DNA of 38,005 nt from an uncultured Bacteroidales bacterium (GTDB lineage: Bacteria > Bacteroidota > Bacteroidia > Bacteroidales > JBBRXJ01), in the NCBI GenBank assembly GCA_964601385.1, contig CAZRNJ010000002.1:1-38005 (forward strand), read 5' to 3'. Of this stretch, positions 26,460 to 36,698 are shown in pieces. Position numbers and translations under genes: made by a program. Every line of letters begins with the position of its first letter. The stretch's first letter is position 1. A model generated the notes under the pieces. That model searched no databases, had not been told where the DNA came from, and saw only the letters and a list, made by a program, of their open reading frames with translations.

Positions 26460-29400
26460 ATGACGAGTAAGGATTTCTTTCGGTTCTCGCTGCTATGGCC
26501 GGTAATAACAATTGGCTGGCTGTTTCTTTCGTCTTTTTTTACAAGTATTATAATTGCACAATTTAATGCTTCCGAAAATATTTCTTCTACCCGCGGGCTT
26601 TCTCTGAATACTGTTAACAGCATCCTTCAGGACAACGACGGTTTCCTCTGGATAGCCACCGGATACGGGCTAAACCGATATGATGGTTACTCCTTTAAAA
26701 CTTTTTTGCACGATCCGCTCGACACAAACACCATTTCTGATAATATTATCCGTGCTTTACATATTGATAAAACCGGTTGTTTATGGATTGGTACAGAAAA
26801 TGGACTTAACAGATTCGATAAAAAAAGAAATCGCTTTGTCCATTATTTTTCTGACCCTTCCGACTTTAATTCCCTTAGCGATAATTCGATTCAATGCATC
26901 CTTCAAACCAAAGATTCATCATTATGGGTGGGGACTATGGCTGGTGGTTTAAGCCGGCTGGATATGAAAACTCAAAAATTCAAATCGTACCAGTACAATA
27001 CCAAATATCCCGGCGCTATCGGTGCAAATTATATCACCTGCATGGCCGAAGATTTTGAATCCAATTTATGGATTGGATGTGTAACCCGCGGATTGCATCT
27101 CTACAAACCGGAAGCCGATAGTTTTTCCCGCTTTGTTCATGACCCTTCAAATCCCAATTCTATCAGCAATAACAGTATACGCTCTCTATTTGTTGATAAA
27201 AACGGCATTGTTTGGGTTGGGACAATGAATGGACTGAATAAAATGATTAAAACAAATAAATCCATTACTTTCGAATCATCCCGTAACCCATTAATTAAAT
27301 CATCGGCAAACTGGATAAATAATATCTATTCTGATCGTGACAATACCATGTGGATCAGTTTCCTGGGTGATGGTATTTATCAGTTTAATCCTTCCAAAAA
27401 AACATTCTCTCCCGCAAAGATTGCCAATATTAACGATAATTCCCCCCTACCTGTGAATTGCATCTACGAGGACTGCTTTGGGCTTTTATGGTTTGGCACC
27501 TTCGATAATGGATTATTTAAACAAAATAAGCAGAACAGCCGCTTCTCTCTTTTCGAATACCATCCCGACTACTCGGGACTAAGCGGACGTGTCGTTACAG
27601 GTGTAGTTGAAGATAGAAATGGCAATGTGTGGGTTAGTACTCTGCGGGGCGGCCTTAACCAGATTTCCGGTAATGATAAAACACAACAAATTACCTGGAT
27701 CCAGGCGGCAAAAAATGATCCCTACCGCGCCGACCTTAATAAAATATTCACCCTGCTGATTGACCGGCAAAATATTGCCTGGATTGCCACAAATGCCGGT
27801 TTATTATCACTCCCGCTCTCACAACTCGAAGCAAAAAAAGTATTATCACTTTCCGATCTCTACTCCATCAACAATGAAAAAATAAATACGGTTATTTTTG
27901 ACCTTCTCGAAGACCATGACGGCATTCTTTGGGCTATCGGCTTAGGAGGACTGATGCGGATTGATAAAAACAGGGTTACGCCCGAAAAAGAACCGTATTG
28001 TATTTATACTTCAAACACAAAAGGACACAACAGCATAAGCAGCAACCGGGGATATAAACTGTATGAAGACAGCCACGGATTCCTGTGGATTGGCACTTCA
28101 AATGGTTTAAACCGTTTTGATAAAAAACTCGAACACTTCACCATTTACATCCATAACGACCGTAAATCAGGCAGTTTAACCAATTCTTTCATCCGCTCAA
28201 TTTTAGAAGATAAAAAAGCCGGTTGTTTGTGGATTGGAACTCAAGGCGGCGGGCTAAACCGGCTTGATTTATCGAAAGATATTTTTTCATCATTTACCAC
28301 AAAAGACGGATTACCCAATAACTGCATCTGCGGTATTCTCCAGGATAAAAAGGGCAACCTCTGGCTCAGCACTTACAAAGGGATTTCGTGCTTTAATACC
28401 GTTACACAAACCTGTAATAACTATACATGGAAAGATGGTTTACAAAATGATGAATTCAGGCCCGGTGTTTACTTTGCCGGCCAATCGGGACGATTCTATT
28501 TTGGCGGAATACAGGGGCTGAATATGTTTTTTCCCGACAGCATTACCAAAAATCTAATCAAACCGCGCATTGTATTCACCGAACTGCGCATATATAACCG
28601 GGTTGTAAATCCCGGGGAAGCCATAAAGAACCATCTGTTACTCCCCTCCGCGCTCCCGTACTGTAAAGAAATCTCTATCCCCCAGCGGTTTAAAGTTTTT
28701 TCTATCGAATTCAGCGCCCTGCATTTTAAAAATCCCGAAATGAACCGCTATATGTATATGCTCGATGGATTTGATAATACCTGGAATCAGACAAATAGCT
28801 CACAGCGGGTTATTACCTACACCAATCTGCCCGGTGGCACATATACTCTTAAAGTCAGCGCTGCAAACAGCGACAACGTCTGGACTACCGAATTTGCCAC
28901 ACTGACGATATGCATCAAACCGCCTTTTTATAAAACCATGCTCTTTTTTATTTTGCTGGCATTACTGCTTCTATCCGTATTCTTGTTCCTGATCCGCAAA
29001 CGGGAAAAGAAACTGATTTTTGAAAAAGATTTATTCGGCTACGATAGCAACCTCCTGCAAACCCTGATGGACAATATTCCCGACACCATTTACTTTAAAG
29101 ATAAAATCTCTCGATTTATCAAAATCAATAAAAAGAAAGCAGCCGAAATTGGTCTTACCGAACCCAAAGAAGCTATTGGTAAATCGGACTTTGACTTTTT
29201 TGAACATGACGATGCTTTAGCTGCCTATAACGATGAGCAGCGGATTATTCAAAGCGGAACCCCATTGATTAACAAGCTTGAGAAACGGCTGAAACAAGGC
29301 GTCGAAAACTGGTATCTGGCAACAAAAGTACCTATGTACAACGAAACGGGTACAATTATCGGAACGGCAGGCTTTACACGTAACATCACCGAACAAATAA

Positions 29401-30152
29401 AAATGAATGAACGGCTGGAACAAGCCCGCAGACAAGCCGAAGAAGCCGACCAGCTTAAAACAGCTTTCCTTGCCAATATGTCGCACGAGATACGTACCCC
29501 AATGAACGCTATTATTGGCTTTTCTGAATTGATTGATGACCCCGCGCTTGACGAAAAAGAAAAAAAATCATACATTGATTATATTAAACATAACGGAAAA
29601 GCATTATTATCCCTTATTGATGATATAATTGATTCGGCCAAAATTGAATCAAACCAGCTCATCATTAAAAAAACAATTTACGACCTTAATAAACTGCTGG
29701 ACGAACTATTGGTGTATTATAATCAGGAAAAGAAACAACGCAATAAAGATCAATTGAAAATCCGGCTGTCCAAGGCCATTCAATCCGAATCGTTCACTAT
29801 CTTTACCGATCCCTACCGGCTCAAACAGGTTTTCCATCACCTGATGAATAATGCCCTGAAATATACTGATACCGGTTTTATTGAGTTGGGATACCATTTT
29901 AAAGATAAAAATACAATTGAACTGTACGTGAAAGATACAGGTATTGGCATTCCTCCTGAAAAACTGCCAAATATTTTCAAACGGTTCAGTTATGCCGATA
30001 CCCGCATCAATACATCAAATAGCGGGACAGGATTAGGTTTGTCTATTTCCAAAAGTTTGATCGAACTCATGGGCGGATCCATCCGCGTAGAATCTGAACC
30101 CTTTAAAGGTACGTGCTTCTATTTTACTCTCGCTATTGCCGAGCCAACATAA
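26460..30152 (+). CDS. sensor histidine kinase with periplasmic Reg_prop beta-propellers and Y_Y_Y domain, TM, PAS, HisKA, HATPase_c (no receiver or HTH)
   Basis: 1230 aa. Many (F/L)WIGTxxGLNR(F/Y)D repeats, Y_Y_Y-like YMLDGFDNTWN...GTYTLKV, TM MLFFILLALLLLSVFLFLI, H-box FLANMSHEIRTPMN, G2 box GTGLGLSISK. Confidence 0.85.
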   Translation: MTSKDFFRFSLLWPVITIGWLFLSSFFTSIIIAQFNASENISSTRGLSLNTVNSILQDNDGFLWIATGYGLNRYDGYSFKTFLHDPLDTNTISDNIIRALHIDKTGCLWIGTENGLNRFDKKRNRFVHYFSDPSDFNSLSDNSIQCILQTKDSSLWVGTMAGGLSRLDMKTQKFKSYQYNTKYPGAIGANYITCMAEDFESNLWIGCVTRGLHLYKPEADSFSRFVHDPSNPNSISNNSIRSLFVDKNGIVWVGTMNGLNKMIKTNKSITFESSRNPLIKSSANWINNIYSDRDNTMWISFLGDGIYQFNPSKKTFSPAKIANINDNSPLPVNCIYEDCFGLLWFGTFDNGLFKQNKQNSRFSLFEYHPDYSGLSGRVVTGVVEDRNGNVWVSTLRGGLNQISGNDKTQQITWIQAAKNDPYRADLNKIFTLLIDRQNIAWIATNAGLLSLPLSQLEAKKVLSLSDLYSINNEKINTVIFDLLEDHDGILWAIGLGGLMRIDKNRVTPEKEPYCIYTSNTKGHNSISSNRGYKLYEDSHGFLWIGTSNGLNRFDKKLEHFTIYIHNDRKSGSLTNSFIRSILEDKKAGCLWIGTQGGGLNRLDLSKDIFSSFTTKDGLPNNCICGILQDKKGNLWLSTYKGISCFNTVTQTCNNYTWKDGLQNDEFRPGVYFAGQSGRFYFGGIQGLNMFFPDSITKNLIKPRIVFTELRIYNRVVNPGEAIKNHLLLPSALPYCKEISIPQRFKVFSIEFSALHFKNPEMNRYMYMLDGFDNTWNQTNSSQRVITYTNLPGGTYTLKVSAANSDNVWTTEFATLTICIKPPFYKTMLFFILLALLLLSVFLFLIRKREKKLIFEKDLFGYDSNLLQTLMDNIPDTIYFKDKISRFIKINKKKAAEIGLTEPKEAIGKSDFDFFEHDDALAAYNDEQRIIQSGTPLINKLEKRLKQGVENWYLATKVPMYNETGTIIGTAGFTRNITEQIKMNERLEQARRQAEEADQLKTAFLANMSHEIRTPMNAIIGFSELIDDPALDEKEKKSYIDYIKHNGKALLSLIDDIIDSAKIESNQLIIKKTIYDLNKLLDELLVYYNQEKKQRNKDQLKIRLSKAIQSESFTIFTDPYRLKQVFHHLMNNALKYTDTGFIELGYHFKDKNTIELYVKDTGIGIPPEKLPNIFKRFSYADTRINTSNSGTGLGLSISKSLIELMGGSIRVESEPFKGTCFYFTLAIAEPT

Positions 30153-30225
30153 AAACCTTATTGCATTGAAAATTTACAATTGTACCTGTTCCTTCCCTTT
30201 ACCCCCGATTACCATCTTTTTATAG

Positions 30226-30233
30226 TACCTTTG
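30226..30233 (+). promoter_or_regulatory. -7 promoter box TACCTTTG
   Basis: Exact TAnnTTTG match, 19 nt upstream of the ATG at 30253. Confidence 0.5.
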
Positions 30234-30252
30234 CAGTTTATAAAAAAAATGT

Positions 30253-33200
30253 ATGGGGATAAAAAATAAAAAAATATTCCTTTTGTTATTTGCCCTGTTT
30301 CCCATTCTTCCGGCAACATCCCAATACTTCGGCCAAAACAAGGTACAATACCGCCATTTCGATTTTAAGGTTTATGAAACTCCTCATTTCCGCATTTATC
30401 ATTATCTCAAAAACACGCAATCGCTCAATGCCCTGGCTACACTCTCTGAGCGATGGTATACAAGACATCAGGCCGTATTTAAAGATACGTCTTTTGAAAT
30501 TAACCCTGTTATCTTATATAATAATCATGCCGACTTTCAGCAAACAACCATTATTGAAGGCATGATTGGTGTCGGAACAAGCGGTGTTACCGAAGGTTTC
30601 CGCACACGCGTAATTATGCCCTTTCTCCAATCGAATAAAGAAACGTCTCACGTCTTTGGCCATGAGCTTGTGCATGTTTTTCAGTACAACATGATGAAAA
30701 ATCACGACAGCTTAATGCTGAGTTCCATCATGAACATACCAATCTGGATGATTGAAGGTCTTTCCGAATACCTCTCCATTGGCCGGAAAGATGCTTTTAC
30801 TTCGATGTGGATGCGCGATGCCGTTAAACAAAATCGTATCCCATCTATGAACGATCTGGTTACCCGGCCCGACCTTTACTTCCCTTACCGGTACGGACAT
30901 GCTGCATGGGCTTTTATTACAGGGCTGTGGGGCGATGATATTATCCGTCCCTTATTTATAAATACAGCACTTTATGGCTTTGAACGCGGATTTAAATACA
31001 CACTTGGCGTTTCCCCCGACACCCTGTCTGTTGCCTGGAAACGAATGATTACGGCAAAATACAAGCCATTGCTCGACTCGGCCAATGACAACCGTGTAGG
31101 CGAACTACTATTCTCAACCGAAAATGCCGGTGAAATTAATATCTCCCCGTCAATCAGTCCGGATGGCGAAAATATCATTTTCTTGTCTGATAAAGATGTA
31201 ATTTCACTCGACTTGTTCCTTGCCAATCCGAATACCCGTAAGATATCGCATAAAATAACACGCTATATGCAAAAGGCATATATTGACGAATACAAATATT
31301 TCACCACTTCGGGCAGTTGGTCTCCAAACAGTAAAAAATATGCGGTCACAACATTTATCAAGGGTCAGAATAAGCTACTCATTCTTGATGTAGAAAAAGG
31401 AAGGATTGTAAAAAAAATCCGGATCCCGTCACTCGAATCATTTTCAAACCCTGGCTGGTCGCCCGATGGTAACCGTATCGTACTGGCCGGACAAGAAAAC
31501 GGGCAAAGCGATCTGTATCTTTACAACCTGCAAAACGGTAACCTGGAAGTGCTCACAAACGACTGGTATAGTGATTTTCAACCCGCCTGGTCGCCCGACG
31601 GCAACTATCTTGTTTTTGTCAGTGACCGCGGCCCCGATACACAGCTCGATAAACTAATCTTCGGATCCTACAAACTTTGTATTATGGATATGCGTTCCTA
31701 CCAAATCTCAACTCTGCCTGTCTTTCCCGGCGCCGATAATATTGACCCTCATTTTTCACCCGATGGCCATTCTGTTTATTTTCTATCCGATGCCGATGGT
31801 TTCCGTAACTTATACCGCTACGATATTGCCGATAACCGTGTGTTTAAACTTACCGATTATTATACCGGCATCTGCGGCATCACGTCCCTCTCTCCGGCTA
31901 TTAGCATATCACAAAAAACCGGTGATATTATTTATACTTTATACGAAAAAGGCAACTATTCAATCTATAAAGTCAGTCCTTCGGATCTCATTCCAATTCC
32001 TGTTAATCCAACCGATATCAATACAACCATTGCTGTTCTGCCTCCTGCCGATAATCTGTCGCCCGGTGTTTTTGTTAACCAAAACCTCGAGAATCATTTC
32101 GTAGACAGCAATTACATATTTCGAGAAGAAAAATACCATTCAAAATTTCGTGTCGAATATATTGGCAGTACTGGCGTAGGCGTGGGTGTCAGCCAATACG
32201 AAACAGCAATGTATGGTGGTGTCAGTTTCTGGTTTAGTGATATACTTAAACGGAATCAGATTTTTACTGCGGCACAAGTAAACGGTGAAGTGGAGGATTT
32301 TGGCGGCGCCTTTGTTTATATCAATAAAGAACACCGTGTCAACTGGGGATCAGGTATCAGCCATGTTCCCTACCGCTATTCGTTCTTCTATTACAAACCC
32401 GACAGTTTAGATGGCGCCTTTGTAGATAACCTTGTGATGATTGATTACCGGACATATATTGACGAACTATCCCTCTTTAGCTATTTCCCGGTGTCACGTA
32501 AAAACCGCTTCGAAACCGGCATTGGAATCACCCGCTATAGTTTTACCATTGACAGCATCAATAATTATTACACATCAGGATACAGGGTTGATAAAACCGA
32601 AAAGCGGCTCGAATCACCCAAAGCCCTCGGTGTTTATTCTACTTACGTGGCCTATGTAGGCGATGATTCGGACTTTGGATTTACCTCACCCATGAAAGGA
32701 TACAGATACAGGGCCGAAGTGGAAAAAAATTTCGGCGATATCAATCTGGTGGGCGTGCTATTTGATTACAGAAAATATTTTTTTATTAAACCGGTCTCAC
32801 TGGCCTTCCGCAGTTTCAATTACACCCGACTGGGACCTGGAAGCGAAAAAGCTCTTTACCCTCTGTACATTGGTTACGACTACTATCTTCACGGATACAA
32901 CTATTGGAGTATGGAACGCTACCAATCAAAAAACAGTACACTCAGCACAAGCGACCTTATCGGTAGCCGCATGATTGTAATGAATACCGAATTCCGCTTC
33001 CCCTTCAGCGGACACCGGCGTTTATCATTTATCAGTTCCAAATTTTTCTATACTGACCTGATATGCTTTTTTGACGGAGGATTGGCCTTTTCGCGTAACG
33101 ATGTGATTAAACTAACATGGGAGCCGCAACCCGAAGCGCGTGTACCTGTTTACAGTACCGGTATTGCCTTACGGTTTAACCTTTTTGGCATGATGGTACT

Positions 33201-33282
33201 TGAACCCTATTATGCTTATCCTTTCCAGCGACAGCTTGGCCATGGAGTATTTGGCCTGGCACTGCTCCCCGGCGGTTGGTAA
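30253..33282 (+). CDS. large envelope protein: N-terminal HExxH peptidase-like domain, TolB-like PD40 beta-propeller repeats, C-terminal beta-barrel-like region
   Basis: 1009 aa. Signal peptide, HELVHVFQ zinc-protease-like motif, repeated SPDG/WSPDG PD40 motifs, and a beta-rich C-terminal third ending in an aromatic residue (GGW). Confidence 0.6.
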   Translation: MGIKNKKIFLLLFALFPILPATSQYFGQNKVQYRHFDFKVYETPHFRIYHYLKNTQSLNALATLSERWYTRHQAVFKDTSFEINPVILYNNHADFQQTTIIEGMIGVGTSGVTEGFRTRVIMPFLQSNKETSHVFGHELVHVFQYNMMKNHDSLMLSSIMNIPIWMIEGLSEYLSIGRKDAFTSMWMRDAVKQNRIPSMNDLVTRPDLYFPYRYGHAAWAFITGLWGDDIIRPLFINTALYGFERGFKYTLGVSPDTLSVAWKRMITAKYKPLLDSANDNRVGELLFSTENAGEINISPSISPDGENIIFLSDKDVISLDLFLANPNTRKISHKITRYMQKAYIDEYKYFTTSGSWSPNSKKYAVTTFIKGQNKLLILDVEKGRIVKKIRIPSLESFSNPGWSPDGNRIVLAGQENGQSDLYLYNLQNGNLEVLTNDWYSDFQPAWSPDGNYLVFVSDRGPDTQLDKLIFGSYKLCIMDMRSYQISTLPVFPGADNIDPHFSPDGHSVYFLSDADGFRNLYRYDIADNRVFKLTDYYTGICGITSLSPAISISQKTGDIIYTLYEKGNYSIYKVSPSDLIPIPVNPTDINTTIAVLPPADNLSPGVFVNQNLENHFVDSNYIFREEKYHSKFRVEYIGSTGVGVGVSQYETAMYGGVSFWFSDILKRNQIFTAAQVNGEVEDFGGAFVYINKEHRVNWGSGISHVPYRYSFFYYKPDSLDGAFVDNLVMIDYRTYIDELSLFSYFPVSRKNRFETGIGITRYSFTIDSINNYYTSGYRVDKTEKRLESPKALGVYSTYVAYVGDDSDFGFTSPMKGYRYRAEVEKNFGDINLVGVLFDYRKYFFIKPVSLAFRSFNYTRLGPGSEKALYPLYIGYDYYLHGYNYWSMERYQSKNSTLSTSDLIGSRMIVMNTEFRFPFSGHRRLSFISSKFFYTDLICFFDGGLAFSRNDVIKLTWEPQPEARVPVYSTGIALRFNLFGMMVLEPYYAYPFQRQLGHGVFGLALLPGGW

Positions 33283-33312
33283 TACTGGTATACATCGTAC
33301 ACCGAAATATTT

Positions 33313-33320
33313 TACCTTTG
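33313..33320 (+). promoter_or_regulatory. -7 promoter box TACCTTTG upstream of ychF
   Basis: Exact TAnnTTTG match, 22 nt upstream of the ATG at 33343. Confidence 0.5.
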
Positions 33321-33342
33321 CCGCAATCAATACATTTTTATT

Positions 33343-34440
33343 ATGGCATTACAATGCGGTATCATCGGCATCACCAACGTAGGTAAAACAACACTCTTCA
33401 ATTGCATGTCAACCAACAAGGCCGAAGTAACAAACTTTGCCTTCAGTGCCAGTAAATCAAATATAAGCGTCATCAATGTCCCTGACCAGCGATTATTTGA
33501 ACTGGAAAAAATTCAACCAACTGAAAAAATCGTTCATGCTACTGTTGAAATCATTGATATACCGGGGCTCACAAAAGGCGCTAATCAGGGCGAAGGCGTT
33601 GGCAATAAATTCTTGGCTGATATCCGCAATACCGATGCCCTGATTCATGTGCTGCGTTGCTTCGACGATCCCAATCTGCCTCACATTGACGGATCGGTAA
33701 ACCCCGTGCGCGACATCGAAACCATCAACTTCGAACTCCAGATCAAAGACCTCGAATCCGTTGAAAAAAAATTGCAGCGGCTCGAAAAAGCTGCTAAATC
33801 AGGCGATAAGGATGCTAAACGCGGAATTGAAATCCTTTCAAAGGTCAAAACTCATCTCGAAAATTTTCAGAATGTAGCATCTCTCAAACTTGACGATGCC
33901 GATAAAAAACATATTGACGACCTGTTTTTACTTACCGTCAAACCCATAATGTATGTATGTAACGTTGATGACCAATCAGCTATCAGCGGAAACAAGTATG
34001 TTGAACAGGTACAAAAATATCTTTCCGGCACTACCGCTTCCATGCTAATTATAGCTGGCAAACTCGAAGCCGAAATCGCTGAACTGGATGATGTAAACGA
34101 CCGAAATGAATTCCTCGCCTCTGTCGGGCTCTCCGAACCATCTGTCAACAAGCTTATTCGTGCCGCTTACGACCTGCTCGACCTGCAATCGTTCTTTACA
34201 ATAGGCCCTAAAGAAATCCGCGCATGGACTATTAAAAAAGGAATGAAAGCGCCGCAAGCTGCCGGTGTGATCCATAGCGACCTCGAACGTGGATTCATCC
34301 GTACAGAAGTTATTAAATATGCCGACCTGATCGCTCTTGGAAGTGAACTAAAATGCAAAGAGGCCGGAAAACTTTTTATCGAAGGAAAAGATTATATTGT
34401 ACAGGAGGCCGATTGCCTGCATATCCGCTTTAATGTTTAA
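33343..34440 (+). CDS. ychF: redox-regulated ATPase YchF (Obg-like GTPase family)
   Basis: 365 aa. CGIIGITNVGKTTLFN P-loop, DIPGL, and a C-terminal TGS-like region (GFIRTEVIKY). Confidence 0.92.
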   Translation: MALQCGIIGITNVGKTTLFNCMSTNKAEVTNFAFSASKSNISVINVPDQRLFELEKIQPTEKIVHATVEIIDIPGLTKGANQGEGVGNKFLADIRNTDALIHVLRCFDDPNLPHIDGSVNPVRDIETINFELQIKDLESVEKKLQRLEKAAKSGDKDAKRGIEILSKVKTHLENFQNVASLKLDDADKKHIDDLFLLTVKPIMYVCNVDDQSAISGNKYVEQVQKYLSGTTASMLIIAGKLEAEIAELDDVNDRNEFLASVGLSEPSVNKLIRAAYDLLDLQSFFTIGPKEIRAWTIKKGMKAPQAAGVIHSDLERGFIRTEVIKYADLIALGSELKCKEAGKLFIEGKDYIVQEADCLHIRFNV

Positions 34441-34879
34441 TCCGTTGAATAAAGCTCCCGACAAACGAATTATCCGTTTTATCCGTAGTCATCATGTACT
34501 CACAATGGCTACCTCCGCAAACAACATCCCCTGGTGCGCCAATTGCTTTTATGTATATTTGCCCGAATCCAATGAACTGCTTTTCACTTCAGATGATACA
34601 ACACGACATATCAGCGAAGGGCTGATGAATAATACCGTTGCCGGATCTGTTGTGCTTGAATCGCGATGGGTGGGGAAAATCCGTGGCCTGCAGTTTACCG
34701 GAACATTGCGTCCGGTTGAAAATTACGAACTGCCCCAATACCGCAAGCATTACCTCAAACGGTTTCCTTATACTGCGCTGACAAAACTAATGCTCTGGAA
34801 AATAATATTAACCGGATTAAAATATACCGATAACCGGCTGGGGTTTGGAACAAAAATTTACTGGCCGGAAAAAAAATAA
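34433..34879 (+). CDS. pyridoxamine 5'-phosphate oxidase-like (YhbP/UPF0306-like) protein
   Basis: The start is placed at the ATG overlapping the ychF stop (ATGTTTAA). The sequence HHVLTMATSANNIPWCANCFYVY...LQFTG fits the split-barrel family. Confidence 0.55.
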   Translation: MFNPLNKAPDKRIIRFIRSHHVLTMATSANNIPWCANCFYVYLPESNELLFTSDDTTRHISEGLMNNTVAGSVVLESRWVGKIRGLQFTGTLRPVENYELPQYRKHYLKRFPYTALTKLMLWKIILTGLKYTDNRLGFGTKIYWPEKK

Positions 34880-35560
34880 TCAACGATTATTGATTCGTGT
34901 ATTCCACAGTAATTCGGCAATCTTCAAATCGCGCAGTGTAGTAATTTTAATGTTTTCCGCATTCCCTTCAACGAGATGGATGCTGTGCCCTGCCGACTCA
35001 AGCACCAGAGCATCATCGGTAAACCGCTCGTTATATGGTTGCTGATAGGCCTCTTTTATCAACCCTGCCCTGAATGTCTGAGGTGTTTGTATAATCCGCA
35101 ATTGCTCCCGGTCTATCATCCGGTTTCCCCGGCTATCTTCTATTCGTACCGACTCGTGCATTATACCATATGGAACAGCATTGCCGAATTGTGATGCAAC
35201 ATCAAAACAACGCTCAATGGTAACCGGGCTTACCAACGGGCGAACGCCATCATGTATGGCCACTACCGAATCATCATCAATCAATGTCAATCCGTTCTGC
35301 ACCGAATGAAAACGCGTTGCTCCGCCAACAGTTGAATGATACCTGTAATCGAACCGATAAACCCTGCAGAGATCATCCCAGTACTTACGCTGTTTTTCCG
35401 GTAATACCACAACAATTTTATATGCAGCATTATGATTAAAAAAAATACGAATAGTTTGCATCAATACTGGTTCGCCGGCCAGCAGCATGAACTGTTTAGG
35501 AATCTCCGATTGCATGCGCGATCCGCTCCCTCCGGCAACTATCAGTATGGCCTTCTTCAT
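34880..35560 (-). CDS. ispD: 2-C-methyl-D-erythritol 4-phosphate cytidylyltransferase
   Basis: 226 aa. ILIVAGGSGSRMQSEIPKQF, VAIHDGVRPLV and QTPQTF are canonical IspD motifs. Confidence 0.9.
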   Translation of the reverse strand: MKKAILIVAGGSGSRMQSEIPKQFMLLAGEPVLMQTIRIFFNHNAAYKIVVVLPEKQRKYWDDLCRVYRFDYRYHSTVGGATRFHSVQNGLTLIDDDSVVAIHDGVRPLVSPVTIERCFDVASQFGNAVPYGIMHESVRIEDSRGNRMIDREQLRIIQTPQTFRAGLIKEAYQQPYNERFTDDALVLESAGHSIHLVEGNAENIKITTLRDLKIAELLWNTRINNR

Positions 35561-35563
35561 CTG

Positions 35564-36649
35564 CTAACGGTTAAATGCAATATTCAGTGAAAAAATATGT
35601 GAATACAGAGCAAGCGATTTATCACCAATATCAGTAAGCGCATAATCAAGATGAAAAGCAAGAAAACGTATACCCAGCCCTATATTCGGCTGAAAACTAT
35701 AATATTCGCCATCATAGCCCATGGCCTGCTGGATGTTGCCTATGCCGCCACGAACAAAAACAATATCATCATAATTGAACTGAATACCCATGTGCGGTGA
35801 TATACTGGCAAAATTGCTCTTAATCAGTTCGTGCCTTTTTCCGTCAAAAGTAATGTCAGCATCAATTTCTGTAAGCATGCTGAAGTGTTTGAACAACCGC
35901 GCATCGTATGCCACACCGCTGATCAGACGGGGCAAGGTAATTTCAAAAGAATTTTGCGGCATCTCATTCCCGGTAAGAGCAAACGGCTCCTCCAGCAACT
36001 CGTTATTAAAACTCCAGGCATTAAAAGTTGAGGTAACATCACGCCCTGCTGCACCGAAAAGCCAATTTTTATACCTGTACTGAGCGCCAACATCAAAACC
36101 AAAACCCCAGGACTGGGCAAATTCCCCAATTACACGGCGGATAATTTTAACATTTCCTCCAATACTTAACCCTTTTACGGATGGTTTACGCGCATACGAC
36201 AGTAATACAGCATAATCGGCAACTGAAAATTTCGTAATCCGGTTATAGTTAATATCACCGTTTTCATCATACAAATCGAGCGTATTCGGAATATCGTCAA
36301 CGCCAAAACGTACAATACTGGCTGCAAATCCGCTGGACGTATCGAGCCGCATAGCCGCCGCCAGATAGTCGAACTTGGCGATCTGCGCAAAATATTCGGC
36401 ATGCATCAGCCCGATCTCTATATCGCGCGATAGAAAAGCCAATCCCGCCGGATTCCAATAACCCGCAGTTACATCATTCACGCCGGCAACAATACTGTTG
36501 GCCATGGATAGTGGCCTGGCGCCTACACCAATAGCCAAAAACTCGTTGCTGTATTTTGGCGGCTGGCTATTTGCACGAAAAATAATCAGCAAAACCAATA
36601 CTAGCAGTTGAAACCGTCGCACATTCACAATAAACCATTTAGTAATCAC
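35564..36649 (-). CDS. PorV/PorQ-family outer membrane beta-barrel protein (T9SS-associated, FadL-like)
   Basis: 361 aa with a GTG start in the track. The N-terminal FLAIGVGARPLSMANSIVAGVNDVTAGYWNPAGLAF resembles the PorV/PorQ signature. The rest shows an alternating beta-strand pattern. Confidence 0.5.
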   Translation of the reverse strand: MITKWFIVNVRRFQLLVLVLLIIFRANSQPPKYSNEFLAIGVGARPLSMANSIVAGVNDVTAGYWNPAGLAFLSRDIEIGLMHAEYFAQIAKFDYLAAAMRLDTSSGFAASIVRFGVDDIPNTLDLYDENGDINYNRITKFSVADYAVLLSYARKPSVKGLSIGGNVKIIRRVIGEFAQSWGFGFDVGAQYRYKNWLFGAAGRDVTSTFNAWSFNNELLEEPFALTGNEMPQNSFEITLPRLISGVAYDARLFKHFSMLTEIDADITFDGKRHELIKSNFASISPHMGIQFNYDDIVFVRGGIGNIQQAMGYDGEYYSFQPNIGLGIRFLAFHLDYALTDIGDKSLALYSHIFSLNIAFNR

Positions 36650-36698
36650 AAATAAAACTATCTTTTATTACTTTTATTGCCATAAAATTAGCTTTTTT

